A stretch of DNA of 64,000 bases, taken from Ptychomitrium polyphyllum. Its lineage: Eukaryota. Shown one piece after another: positions 1 through 13,632 of this stretch. The stretch is from the NCBI GenBank assembly GCA_973851085.1, contig OZ316775.1:14012001-14076000 (forward strand), given 5' to 3'. Numbering within the stretch: position 1 is the first letter of the stretch; each line of letters begins with the position of its first letter. The notes under the pieces are model-generated. The model was not told where the DNA came from and did not search any database. It saw only the letters and a program-made list of their open reading frames with translations. The translations under genes were made by a program, and so were the position numbers.

Positions 1-2849
1 CACAAACCACAAGAATTTGGAGTATTTCATGAGTGCGCGTGTTTTGAATCGCCATCAAGCAAGGTGGAGTATGTCGCTTTCCAGATTTGACTTTGTCATT
101 CCCTATCGATCTGGTAGCTTGCAAGGTAAGCCAGATGCCTTATCTTGAAGATCTTATTTAGCTCCTCAACCTGAAGATGATGTTTTGAATCAACAAAGGA
201 TTATTTTATTGAAACCAGAGAATCTTCAATTGAAAGCAGTGATTATAACAACAACATCCCATCTTCACAAAATTTGGAAAGCTTTGAAGAATGACGTCTT
301 TGTTTCAAAAATAAAGAAGCGCCTCAAAGACAATGGAGGTCCTTCAAATAGCGATGAAGACTTTGAATTCCAAAAGGGCCTACTTTATTATAAAGGACTT
401 TTGTACCTACTTCCAGGCCCTTTGCGATTGAAGATCCTTCAAGCACGTCATGATTTTCTAGCAGTAGGACATTTTGGATTCAATAAAACAATGGAGTTGA
501 TTGTAAGGGACTATTGGTGGCCACAAATGTAGAAATACGTGAAGGACTTTGTTTGATCATGCGACACTTGTGCAAGAGCCAAGGTACCAAGGCACCCACC
601 TCATGGTCTCCTCCATCCGCTTCCAGTGCCAAAGGGCCCATGGTTGTTTTTATCAATGGATTTTATCACGGACCTTCCAAACTCCGATTCTAAGGATTAT
701 ATTTTGGTAGTGGTAGATTGATTTACCAAAATGGCACATTTCATTCCATGCAACAAGACGGTAATGGGAAAAGAAATTGCCAAGTTGTTCCTAAATCACA
801 ACTACCGCATACATGGACTACCAGATGATATTGTATCCGATCGAGGGCCGCAGTTCATTTCCAACTTTTGGAGGGCTCTATTCTAGGTGTTGCGTGTAAA
901 GATCAATCTTTCTTCAGCACACCATCCGCAAACTGATGGCCAAACCGAACGTGTAAATTAAATTTTGGAACAGTACCTTTGTTGTAGCATAAACTACCAG
1001 CAAGACAATTGGATGGACCTCTTGACTTTGGCAGAATTTGCTTACAACAATACGGTGCATTCTTCAACAACTCAAAGTCCATTGTTTGCAAACTATGGCC
1101 ATCAACCTTGAACAGATCCATTTCAAATGAAGCATATTGGAAGCCTTCAACAGAGGATTTTGCAATTCAACTTGCTAAAATCCATCAAGAAATTATCTTT
1201 CGGTTACAACAAGCTCAAGATTGTCACAAAACTTATGCAGATTTCCATCAAAAGGACCATCCAAAGTTCAAGGTTGGAGATAACGTATGGCTCCTATAAC
1301 AAAATATACAAACAAAAAGACCATCAAAGAAGTTGGACTATCAAAGGCTGAGACTGTTTGAAATCAACAAACAAATAAATCCGGTTAATTATCGCCTAAA
1401 GCTACCACCAAGCATGCAAATTCATCTTGTATTCCATGTATCGTTGTTGGAAACCTATAACAAATCATGTATATTAGAGAGAATTGTCCCTCCACCTCTT
1501 TTGCTGGAAATCAATAATGAAATTGAATATGAAGTGGAAGAGATCTTAGATTCACGCATCAAGAATGGACGTATGGAGTACCTTATACATTGGCAAGGAT
1601 ATGGCATCAATGACCGAACATGGGAACCTTCAACAAATGTAACAAATGCATTTGAGAAGGTACTCGAATTTCATCGAAGATATCCTCAGAAACCAGGTCA
1701 GTGATGATATGTCATCAGTAGCCGTTAGCTTCATAGAGAAGTTTTTCCTTCATAGACAAGTATAAAAAGGGAGGAGAGATATCCAAACTTCCAATTGTAT
1801 GCAATATTATTTCTAAGATTTATCATTTTTAGATCCTAGCTAGTATGTTAAATCTTCGTGTTATTATAGATATGCGTGAAGAATAATTGGCCATGCCTTC
1901 ATCAACAACAGCATCTGTTGAACCAACTCAACTTTCTCAGCCCTTGGTAACGGAGGATCTAAATCAAAATTTGAGATGGACATCCCAATGTTGAGTACAT
2001 CCTCATGAGGAAGCATTGAGTAGTCGCCCTTTACATTTGAGTCTTGATTCAGATGCTCGCGCTCTAGGCATCTTGTTGAAAATTGAAAGAGTTGCTTCTG
2101 GAGGACCCAAAATCTTGTTTGGAGGACTTTTTGAAGGACTTAATCAAAATCAGATCTTGGAATGAGACAATACAACAACAAAATTTTTGGCTGGTGATCA
2201 TTGGCACTTTTTGCAAGGACTAATTGAATCAGTGAATAGAGAAAAATAAGCAGAGTATGTTGCTTCACTTCTTCGACAAATTTTGGAATTTGTGGAAATG
2301 TGACAAGTTAGCCAAGAAAAGAGCTCCTGATGGGACTTGTCGCTAAGTGGGGAGGTGATGTCACGGACATTGATTATGCAACATAGTCTTTAAAACATTC
2401 TAGAACCTTCTAGTGTACTATAATAGCTTCTTAGAATACCTTTAAATGTCTCTATAGCCTTTCTATGTTCTTAAGAAGCTTTCTAAGAAAGTTCCTCCAT
2501 GTTAGGAAACTTCCTAAGAAGGTTCTATTATCTTAGGTAACATCTTAGGAAACTTCCTACAAAGATTCCATCACCTTAGGAAACTTCCTTGGAAGGTTCC
2601 TTAGAGTTCTAAAACATTCTTAAGTCTTGTAGGAAGCTTTTTTAAAAGTATCCTAGGAGATACAAATGTCATAGTATAAATAGGAGGCAAGACAAGGTAT
2701 TCTTTAGTCTTGCCAACACAAGTTGTAGATCATCTTGAATTCTGTCTTGTTCTAGTCTTTGTATCAAGTTCTTGTTAATTATTAATTCTTTGGAAGTTAA
2801 TTCTTGGGAAACACTTTGTTTTTGCTTCTTGTTTTTTGTGTTCCTAACA
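1..2849 (+). mobile_element. 3' part of a Ty3/Gypsy chromovirus (family A, Tcn1/RLG1-like): end of RNase H, integrase, chromodomain, 3' untranslated region, PPT and 3' LTR; degenerate
   Basis: Integrase motifs GHFGFNKT..YWWP, SMDFITDLP and HPQTDGQTER; chromodomain YEVEEILDSR..EYLIHWQGY..DRTWEP (ORF 1333-1704); several in-frame stops; PPT aagtggggaggtga 2345-2358 directly before TG. Confidence 0.93.
2359..2849 (+). repeat. 3' LTR of family A Gypsy element
   Basis: Starts tgtcacggac, ends cctaaca (TG..CA); homologous to LTRs at 44119-44730, 38891-39398, 49740-50382 and 51970-52435; TATA box at about 2675. Confidence 0.9.
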
Positions 2850-5800
2850 TACATAGCCCGTTATAGAGCGCCTATTATTGGAATTTCCAGCCCAATCCGC
2901 ATAACAAAATCCCCACAACTCTATGTTATCACCTTCAAGGCACAATACAAAGTCTAAGGTGCCTTTCAAGTACCTCATGATTCCTTTGATGGTTGCCCAA
3001 TGCATGGGACCGGGTCATAACATGTGTTGACTCATAACACTTACCGCATAAGCCAAATCAAACCTTGTGCCAACCATGGCATACATAAGCAACGATATTT
3101 CTACCTTATAAGGAACACCTTTGATTTCTCCCTCTACTTGTACAAACTCCTCATTTGTAAGATTTATCAACTTTAAGTAGGCCTCAAGGGACGTTCCAAT
3201 CGGCTTACAGTCCTCCAAGTTGAACCGCTTCAACACCTCCTCAATATACTTCTTTTGGCTCATGGTAATGGTCCATTTCACACAATCCCTCTTAAACTTC
3301 ACTCCTAAGCAATAGTATAATATGTCCAAATTACTCATCTCAAATTTCTGCTTTAGGTTGGCCTTCAATCACTCTAGGTTCTATAAGAGGTTGGCCAACA
3401 GGATCAAGTCATCTACATAGAGGATCACAATCAACAAGAATTCCATGGTCTACATCACATATATGGACTAATTTGCCTCACTTCTCACAAACCCTTCCTT
3501 CCTAAAGAATGCATCAATGCATTGGTACCGTACCCTTAGTGATTGCTTGAGCCTGTACAAGGCCTTCTTCAACTTGCACACAAGGTGCTCTGAGCCTTCA
3601 TGTACAAATCCTAATGGCTGCTCCATGTAGATGTCTTCTTCCAAGTTCCATTTAAGAAAACCGTCTTCACATCCATCTGGTGGATCTCCCAGTTCAGTGC
3701 TGCCACTATTGCCAAGATGGTTTCTGATGGTGGTGAACTTGGCCACATGCGCAAATACCTCATTGAAGTCTATACTAGCAACTTGTGAGTAGTCTTTAGC
3801 AACTAGCCTTGCCTTGTGCCTCACAATTGCGCCTAAAGCATCCCTCTTGGTCCTAAACACCCACTTGCAACCAATGGGACAATGACCTTGAGGAAGTTGA
3901 ATCAAGTTCTATGTCCTATTTTCCATGAATAACTTGTACTCCTTTTGTATGGCCTTCTCCCACTTCACAGCATTTGTGGACTTTAAAGCATTGCAGAAAG
4001 TCAATGAATCATGGAGGAGGGCAACATTGGCATGTTCCTCACTTACTTGGAAAAAAATGTGGTTCTTCTACCAGTCACCAAGTGACCTCTTCTCCTTCAT
4101 GGAATACTTCCTACCATTTTATTTAGGCCTTTTTTCTTGTAATACATCAACTCTCCATTATCTTGAGGTTGTATCTCTTCAGTGGAAGGAATATTTCCAC
4201 CATCACATTGTGAATACTTTCTACTAGTCCCAAAAGTGGAAGACGCGTTCTTCTCTTCCTTGCTTGATTCTTCACTTCTATTGACACTTCTACCTTTTTC
4301 TTTTACTGAAGTGGAGGATGTGTCTACAACCACACCACTACTTCTAATTGCACACATCCTTAAGTGCTTGCAAGCACTCTTGTGCCCCAAGAACTCAACA
4401 TCATGACTTTTGATGATCTTCTTACTCTCCACACACATTAGCCTGTAGGCCTTCGTACCTTCACAATAACCAAGGAATACACACTTTGTACCCTTTGCAT
4501 CCAACTTTGACCTAATATAATCAAGCACCTTTGTATATGCAATGCATCTAAAGTTTCTCAAGTGCAAAATATAAGGCTTTTTGCCATTCCAAGCTTCTTC
4601 AAGGGTCATGGATGCAAGGGCACTTGTGGGGCACCTGTTTCTCATGTACACCGCATTCACCACTGCTTCCATCCACAACTCATTCCCAAGGTATTGGGCA
4701 TGAAGCATGCTCCTTGCCATCTCCACAATGGTGCAATTTGCCCTCTCAGCAACTCCATTTTGTTGTGGAGTATGTAGAATGGTGGTTTGTTTTGCAATAC
4801 CTTCATACTTTTAAAAGTCATCAAAGCGCTTGGAGAAGAACTCACTACCATTGTCTATGTGCAACACCTTAATTTTGGAGCCACATTGCTTCTCCACAAG
4901 CGCCTTGAGCTCCTTGAATCTTGCAAAGCACTCGCTCTTGGCCTTGAAAATGAACACCCACACCTTTCTCAAGAAGTCATCAATGAAGGTGAAGAAATAC
5001 CTTGCGTTGCCTAAGGATGGAGTCTTCATGGATTCACACACATCCGAATGTACAATCTCCAACAAGGCACTTGTACAAGTTGCCACTCCACTTGGAAACA
5101 ATGCCCTTTGTTGTTTGCCTTGGATGCAACCCTTACAAGCAATTTCCTTAGGCTTGTAGCAAGTCCTACCAAGATCTAGGTCGCTTACCATGGCTTGGAG
5201 CTCTTTCATGGCCTTCACATTCAAGTAACCAAGGCGGCAATGCCAAATGCCAAATTTGTCTTCATCTTTGGTGAATTGCGTGAAGACCACCACTTCCACT
5301 CTATTTACCTTCTAACACTTGATGAAGTATAAGTTGCCATCCTTCAACCCCGTGGCAACAACATCTCCACTCAATAACTTCACAACACATCCATTAATAT
5401 TGAAATGAACCACAAACCCTCCCATCATAAGTTTGCTCACCAAAAAGAGGTTGGACTTCATCTTTGGCACATTGAGCACGTCTTTGAAGGTGATCCTCCT
5501 AGTCATGCCTCTAACAACAATCTCTACTACAATGTATCCCATTCCAATGGCCTCTACCATGCCATTGTCATCCATGAGCACACTAGTGGTTAGAATTGCC
5601 TCATAAGTGACAAACAAGCACTTGTAAGGCGTCATGTGCTTTGTAACACCTAAGATCACTATTCACTTGGATAGGGCACCAATGAGCACTCTTTTTCTTG
5701 CCATCAAGGCTAAATCACCTCCTATAAGGTGGTCCATCATATGGTTGGCATTTTCTTTCTTTTTCTTTTTAGCTTTGTAACAATTTCAAGCAAAGTAGCC

Positions 5801-6530
5801 CGACTTTCCATAGACAAAGTAAGTTCTAAGGGTGGAACGTTGATTGGAATAAGTGCCCTTACTTTGTCTTGCAAGGAAGGCCAAGCCTTCATTCAAAGTG
5901 TCTTTTTCCTTCTTCATTGTCATTTTGTGGTTCAACCTTGCCGTCACATACTCCATGATGAGGTCCTCCATGGAAATTGACTCCATGGCCATATTGAGGT
6001 AGTTGTAAGACTCTGGCAAGCTTATGAGCAATGTCAATACAACCTCTGCTTTGCTTACCAAATGTCCTACAATGGTAAGTTGGCTTGCAAGGGCCTTCAC
6101 CTTGTTGATATGCGCCATGAAGTCGTTTCCTTTTTCCATCTTGTATGTCAAGAATTTCTTCCTTGTGAAGATGATGCTAGAGAGGTTCTTGCTTTCATAG
6201 ATGTTGCAAAGTATCTTCCACGCCTCCGCAAGGCCTTTGTAAGAGATGATGTAGGCAAAATTGGAGTTGTCAAGGTTGTTGGCAAGGATGCCAAAGGCCT
6301 TCTTTTCACAGCATTGGAACTCCTTCCTCTCTCTTGCATTTGCCAACAACAATGGACCAACCTCACTTCCATCTACAATGTCCCAAAGGTTTAGAGCAGC
6401 CAATACAAGCTCCATTTTAACCTTTCGTTGGTGGAAATTCTCACCACAAAACATTTGAATGGCTCTCAGTCCTTCACCTTCACTAGAAGCTATGTTTAAA
6501 GAAGAAAAGAAACAACTAGACCTCCAAACA
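2850..6530 (-). mobile_element. Degenerate Ty1/Copia element (gag-protease-integrase-RT-start of RNase H); no LTR visible
   Basis: Minus-strand ORF fragments: gag (5786-6454), WHCRLG..C..C and VHSDVC integrase (4811-5299), CKWVFRTK..KARLVAK RT (3468-3905). GFCYADWAG..RRSITGYV is cut at 2850 by the Gypsy LTR. Confidence 0.9.
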
Positions 6531-6544
6531 TTCTCTTTCTAAAC

Positions 6545-8183
6545 TTCAATGCTTCCAAGAATTATACCATCACAATATACGTAGACCACAAGAACTTAGA
6601 ATATTTCATAAGTGAGCTTGTTTTGAATTGCCGTCAAGCAAGGTGGAATATATTGCTTTCTAGATTTGACTTTGTCATTACCTATCGATTTGGTAGCCTA
6701 CAAAGTAAGCCAAATGCCTTATTTTGAAGATCTTATTTAACTCCTCAATCTAGAGATGATGTTTTGAATCAATAAAGGGCTGTTTTATTAAAGCCACATA
6801 ATCTTCAATTGAAAGCAACAATTATTACCACAACATTCCATCTTGACAAAATATGGAGGGCCTTAAAGAATGATGTCTTTGTTTCAAATATAAAGAGGCG
6901 CCCAAAAACAATAAAGATCCTTCAAATAGCAATGAAAATTTTGAATTCCAAGAGGGCCTATTTTATTATAAAGGACTATTTTACCTACCTCCAAGTCCTA
7001 TGCAATTGAAGATCCTTCAAATACGTCAAGAGTTTTTAGCAGCAGGGCCTTTTGGATTCAATAAAATAATGGAGTTGATTGCTAAAAACTATTGGTGACC
7101 GCAAATGTCAAAATACGTGAAGGATTTTGTTTAATCATGCGACAGTTGTGCAAAAGCCAAGGTACCAAGACAACAACCTCATGGTCTCTTCCATCCGCTT
7201 CCAAAGCCAAAAGATCCATGGTTTTCATTGTCAATGGATTTTATTACAGATCTTCTAAACTCTGATTTGAAGGATTCTATTTTGATAATAGTGGATCAAT
7301 TTACCAAGATTGTATATTTTATTCCATGCAACAAAACAATAACAGAAGAAGAAACTACCAAATTGTCTTTAAATCACTTCTATTGCATACATGGACTACA
7401 AAATAATATTATATCCAATTGAGGGCCGTAAATCATTTCCAACTTTTGGAGGGCTCTATTCTAGCTATTGGGCATAAAGATCAACATTTTTTTTAACACA
7501 CCATCCGCAAACTGATGGTTAAACCAAATATGTGAATCAAATTTTGGAGCAATATCTATGTTGTAGCATAAACTACCAGCAAGACAAGTTGATGGACCTC
7601 TTGCCTTTAACAGAGTTTGCTTACAATAATACAATACATTCTTCAAAAACTCAAAGTCCATTCTTAGCAAACCATGGCCATCATCCTTAAGCAGACTCAT
7701 TTTCAGTCAAATATATTGGAAGTCTTGCAGCAAAAGAATTTGCAACTCAACTTGCTAAAATCCATTAAGAACTTGCTTTTCAATTTCAATAAGCTCAAGA
7801 TTGTTATAAAACTTATGCAGATCTTCATTAAAAGGACCATCCAAAGTTCAAAGTTGGAGATAGCGTATGGCTCCTATAACAAAACATACAAACAAAAAGA
7901 CCGTCAAAGAAGCCGAACTATCAAAGCTAGGACCGCTTGATATCAATAAATTAATAAATTTTGTCAATTATTGTCTCAAAAGACCACCAATTATGCAAAT
8001 TCATCTATTATTCCATGTATTGTTGTTGGAAACCTACTAAAAGTTATATATACTAAAGAGGGTGTTCCTCTGCTTCTTCTGGTGGAAATAAATAATGAAA
8101 TGGAGTACAAAGTCAAAGAGATCTTAAATTCACACATTAAAAATGGACGTGTGGAGTACCTTATACATTGGCAAGGATATAAC
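6545..8183 (+). mobile_element. Older family A Gypsy fragment (RNase H end, integrase, chromodomain truncated at HWQGYN)
   Basis: Colinear with 1-1600 but more decayed; SMDFITDLL (7228) and EYKVKEILNS..VEYLIHWQGY (7971-8189). Confidence 0.88.
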
Positions 8184-8586
8184 TATTAAAGTCACTAGAA
8201 GTAGAAAATTGCACAAGCATAGAACCACACAAGATAGTACAAACAATGCTTGGGGTGAGATGTTGCCTTTTCTCGGAGGCCTTTACTTATACTACCACGT
8301 AATGACTTCTCAAGCACCTTTTAAGGTCCTTCTCAAGTATCTTGCAAGTAGCTTTCCAAAGCCACTTGCAAGTTCCTTTATGCCAACTCATACACCCACT
8401 TGTCCTTACCTTCCTATGCAAGATATGTGGGTTGGTCCTACCACGTTGATCGTGTACCATATATGTACCTCTTAGGTGGCTTTCACCTCTCCCTCTTTTC
8501 TCCCCATTTTTTCTCCTTCTATATCTACCAAAATACAATACTATTTACACCACCGTAAATACTACGAACAACTCTAATCTCCAACA
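8184..8586 (-). repeat. 3' LTR of Copia element
   Basis: About 400-bp repeat of 13225-13632; plus-strand ends tatt(a/g)aag...ctccaaca (decayed TGTTG..CAACA); adjacent to PPT. Confidence 0.9.
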
Positions 8587-11500
8587 CTCCCACTTTGCAA
8601 ATAGTTACCTCCTTGCAATCCCATTTTCTTTGCCAACCGTTGATGTCAATCCTTCGCGAGTGCCTTCGTTAACACATCAGCAACCATGCCTTCCGTTGGA
8701 CAATACTTCAAACTTATCTTGCCGCTCTCCAATTTCTTGCAAATGAAGTGGTGTTGCACATCGATGAGCTTTGTGCGTGAGTGGTGTAAGGGATTCTTTG
8801 TAAGTGCGATGCATCCTTAGTTGTCACACATGATGGTTTTGGCATCTTCTTGCACAAATCCCACATCCGCCAAAAGCTTTCGAAACCAAATGGCCTCTTT
8901 GGTGCTTTGGCTAGTGGCCATGTACTCCGCCTCTGTTGTAGACAACGCAATTGTAGGTTGCCTCCTACAATTCCACAAGATTGCACCAACTCCAACAAAA
9001 AACAAGTATCCGGTTGTTGAACGATGCTCAATTGCATCTCCGGCTCAATCCGCATCGCAATACCTCCTCAAGGTAAGCTCCTTACCACCAAGGCACAACT
9101 TGTAGTCCATGGTACTTTCCAAGTACCACATGATGCGCTTCACCGCACTCCAATGTGCCGGACCGGCCCTAGACATGAATTGGCTCACCATGCTCACCGC
9201 AAACGCAAAGTCAGCTTGTGTAGCCACCATGGCATACATCAATGAGCCAACACCAGACTTGTATGGCACGCCTTCCATCTCACCTTTGATGGCCTCAAAT
9301 TCCTCCACCAAAAGCTTCAACAACTTGACATTCACATCAAGCGGCGTACCAATGGGCTTGCACTCCTCCATGTTGAAGCGCTTGAGCACCTTCTTGATGT
9401 ACTTCTTTTGGCTCATAGTGATGGTGCATGCTTTGCAATCCCTCTCAAATTCCATTCCCAAGCAATACATCAACTCTCCAAGATCACTCATCATAAACTC
9501 CGCATTGAGTTTGGTCTTGAGCCATGCCAACTTTGCCAAAAGGCTAGCCAAGATGATCAAGTCGTCCACATAGATGAGCACTATCAATAAGTACTCATCC
9601 GTTTGCTTGATGTACAAGGAATGATTTGCTTTGCTCCTTGTGAAGCCCTCCTTGGTGAAGAAGGAATCAATCCGTCGGTACCATGCTCTTGGTGATTGCT
9701 TGAGTCCGTATAACAACTTCTTGAGCTTGCACACAAGATGCTCAAAGCCCTTTTCTTCAAATCCAACGCCGCTCCAAATGCAAGGATGCACCGAATGGTG
9801 TTGAACTTGACTACGAGAGCAAAGGTCTCAAAGAAGTCGACTCTCGCAACTTGAGAAAATTCCTTGGCCACCAATCGTGCCTTGTGGCGTACCACTTCAC
9901 CCGAAGCGTCTTTCTTCGTGCAAAAGACCCACTTGCACCCAATGCTTTTATGACCCTTTGGAAGCGAAGTCAACTCCTACGTCTCATTTGCCATAAATGA
10001 GTCATACTCTTCTTGCATGGCCACCTCCCACTTGCTTGCATCTTCTGATCTCATTGCTTCGCCTACTTTCAATGGATCGTCAAGAGTGGCCACATTGGCC
10101 CGCTCTTCTTTATAGTGTGGCAAAATGTGGTTCTTCCACCAGTCTCCAGGTGGACGTTGTTCCCTCGTTGGATACCAAGGTTCTTGTCTGAATTTGACCT
10201 CTAGGCCTTCACTTCGTGTGGATATTGGTGAAGGTGCTACATCTTGTTTGTCGTCCACCAACTCTTCCTTCTTGGTATCATCATCATTCTCGTGTGAGGG
10301 AGTTGGTTTGGAAGATTCGTCCACCAAAACCAACGAAGGCGTATCACTACTCCCACTTGAACTCATCTCCAAACCATGACCAACGCTAGTGCTATCCTCA
10401 TCAAACACTACATCACGACTCCTAATGATCTTCCGTGTTTCAACACACATGAGGCGATATGCCTTGGTTCCTTCGCAATATCCAAGAAATAAACACTTGG
10501 TTCCTTTAGCATCGAGCTTATCCCTCTTTGCATCTGGCACCTTTGCAAATGCAATGCAACCAAACATGCGCATGCATGCAACGCATGGCTTGCGGCCATT
10601 CCAAGCCTCTTGTGGTGTAACGGTAATAAGCGCCCTTGTAGGACACCGATTACAAATGTATACCGCATTGGACACTGCTTCCGTCCAAAATGAGAGCTTG
10701 AGGCGTTGAGCATGAATCATACTTCTTGCCATCTCCACAATGGTGCGATTCGCACGCTCCGCCACTCTGTTTTGCTCTGGCGTGTAAGGTGTTGATGGTT
10801 GCCTCTCAATGCCATGGTTCTTCAAGAAGTGTCAAAAGTCCTTGGATATGATCTCTCCACCATTGTCCAATCGGAATGCCTTGATCTTGTGCTCTGATTG
10901 TGTCTTCGCAAGTGCCTTGAACTCCTTAAACTTCTCAAGGCACTCCCCCTTCGTCTTCAACGTGTACAACCACACCCTCCTCGAAAAATCATCAATGAAA
11001 GTCACAGAGTACCTTATACCACCAATGGAGGTGGTCCTCATCGGGCCACACACATCCAAATGCACAATCTCCAAAGGTTTTATAGCACGCGTGCCTCCAT
11101 CCTTTGGAAATGGTGCTTTATGTTGTTTGCCTTGCACACACCCTTCACAATACGGTATAGATGATTCATCCTTACCAAGGGTCATGCCGCATTTTACTTG
11201 CAAGAAAACGCACACTTCTCACATTCAAATGACCAAGTCGGCGATGCCAAAGCTCCATCGCACCACTCGTTGTTGACAATTGTGCTATGTTAGCCGCATC
11301 CGCCTCATGCACCTTTGTAAAGGTGACTTGGTACAAGTTGTTTTGACGAGGGGCTACTGCTAGTACATCGCCATTTGGTGCCCTCAATGTGCACCCATGC
11401 ACATTGAATTGCACCTTCAACCCACTTGATACAAGCTTGCTCACCGAGAGCAAGTTTGCTTGCAACTTGGGCACGTGGAGGACGTCCTTGATTGTAACCT

Positions 11501-13019
11501 TCTTTGAATGGCCTCTCACAAGGACTTCTACAACAATGGAACCTACTCCAATGGCGTCCACAACACTATCATCACCCAAATGCATGTTGCGTGGACTAAT
11601 TACCTCATATGTGTTGAATGTCACCCTATGAGGTGTCATGTGCTTCGTGGCGCCCAAATCCATGATCCACTTGGATGTGGACTTGGAATGAGGACCATCT
11701 TGAGTAGCAAAGGCGTAGTCATCATCTTCCTTTGCATGGTTGGCATTCTCCTTGTCCTTTTCTTGGTTTGCGTTGTCGCGCTCCCACTTCTTTGGTTTGG
11801 TGCAATGTCGTGCAAGGTGGCCCAGCTTGCCACAATTGTAACACAACCTTGATTCTCCACGTGAAGATGAGCTGCCCCCCTTGGTTTGCTTTGAATACAA
11901 GGCCGCATCATCGCCATGGCTCTCCTTCTCCTTGCGCTTATTCACTTCATGCATCATTCTTGCCGTTACAAACTCCAAGGTGAGGTCCTTCAATCGTAAC
12001 ATCTCTAAGGCAATGATTAAGTTCTCAAATGACGGCGGCAAACTCTCAAGCAATGTCATCACTACATCTTCCTCTCTCACGGGGACCATGAAGGATGTAA
12101 GCTGATCTGCAAGCTCCCTTCCATGATTGATGTGGTCCATCAAGTCATCACCTTCTTGCATCTTGATGGTGAAGAACTTGCGGCAAACAAAGAGGATGTT
12201 GGACAAGCTTTTTGTTTTGTGGATGTTGCACAATGCCTTCCATGCTTTTGCTGGTCCTTTGCAATTCTTAATGTGCGCAAGTTGGGCATTCACCAAACTC
12301 AATCTAATGACGGACAAGGCCTTCTTCGCGTGGCGATTGTACTCCTTTATCACCTTTGGATCTTCATTACTTGCCGGGGGTTCCCCGGTCTCCTCCACTA
12401 TATCCCAAAAGTCCATGGACGACAAGACCATCTCCATGCGGAACTTCCAAAGGCCAAAGTTTTCCCCATTGAACTTGTCAATGCTCCTAGCACTCTCACT
12501 CTCAAATGTGGCCATGACAACGTTTTAATGGCCAAGATCAGCCCCTCCAAGGTTTAATTTTGCACTAAGGCACCTCAATCACTTAACTTGAGCCTTTTCT
12601 AGGCTTTAACGTGCTTGCAAGCACCTACAATACTTACATCAGCCCCTACAAGGCTTTGATGTACAAGTATTCACTCAAGTTTCTCAAACGAGTCTCTTCT
12701 AAGCTCAAATGATCAAAGGTACAACTCAAACACTCAAATCTACTCTTTTTAGACTCTAATGCACACCTTTGCACCTCATTCAATCAAATTAGCCCCTTCT
12801 TTGCTCATACATGCAAATATGGATTTGAACAACATTAAAGAGCTCCATCTAGACTCCAATGTGCATCTAAGCACATCATTCACTCAAATCAGCACTTTTG
12901 AAGAGCAAATGAACACATCCGCTTGGATTGAACACTTACAAGGTCCAAACGCATTGATTGCTCTACCTCCGCTCTTCCAACTCCTTGTGCCTTCTCAAGC
13001 TGTCTCCAATTCTCCAATG

Positions 13020-13155
13020 CACCTCCACGGCTCCAAATCAGCCCTTGTGCTCACCAATACTCCAAATGAGCCTTTGTGCACCTCCAAAGCTCTAAAATCA
13101 GCCCTTGTGCACCTCCAAAGCTCCAAATCAGCCCTTGTGCACTTCAAACTCTCAA
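13020..13155. repeat. About 30-bp tandem repeats (ctccaaatcagcccttgtgcac..) in the Copia 5' leader
   Basis: Four imperfect copies visible directly. Confidence 0.75.
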
Positions 13156-13224
13156 AAGACCTCCTCCAAACAACTTTGCAACAAAAACTTTACACTCGCA
13201 ACTCACATGAGTGGGCCCATAACC

Positions 13225-13632
13225 TATTGAAGTCACTAGAAGTAGAGAAGAAGATTGCATAAGCATAGAACCACACAAAGTAGTACAAATAATACTTGGA
13301 GTGAGATGTTGCCTTCTCTCGAAGGCCTTTACTTATACTACCACGTAGTGACATCTCAAGCACCTTTTAAGGTCCTTCTCAAGTATCTTGCAAGTAGCTT
13401 TCCAAAGCCACTTGCAAGTTCCTTTATGCCAACTCATACACCCACTTGTCCTTGCCTTCCTATGCAAGACATGTGGATTGGTCCTACCACGTTGACTGTA
13501 TACCATATATGTACCTCTTAAATGGCTTTCACTTCTCCCTCTTTTCTCCCCATTTTTTCTCCTTCTATATCTACCACAATACAATACTATTTACACCACC
13601 GTAAATACTATGAGCAACTCTAATCTCCAACA
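13225..13632 (-). repeat. 5' LTR of Copia element
   Basis: Repeat of 8184-8586; immediately followed on the minus strand by PBS GGTTATGGGCCCAC. Confidence 0.9.

Larger units (their letters stand above)
8184..13632 (-). mobile_element. Near full-length Ty1/Copia element with two LTRs, PBS and PPT; gag-pol disrupted by frameshifts and stops
   Basis: Direct repeats 8184-8586 and 13225-13632; PPT (plus strand ctcccacttt at 8587); PBS 13211-13224. ORFs: 11172-12515 (gag, CYNCGKLGHLARHC knuckle, WIMDLGAT protease), 10832-11215 and 9977-10825 integrase, 9045-9791 RT (YVDD), 8817-9005 RNase H (ALSTTEAEY). Confidence 0.95.

Noticed and set aside
8143..13584. Duplicated small ORFs at 8143-8538 and 13255-13584, and many plus-strand ORFs across 3.9-13.3 kb
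   Set aside because: They lie in the Copia LTRs or are antisense shadows of gag-pol.
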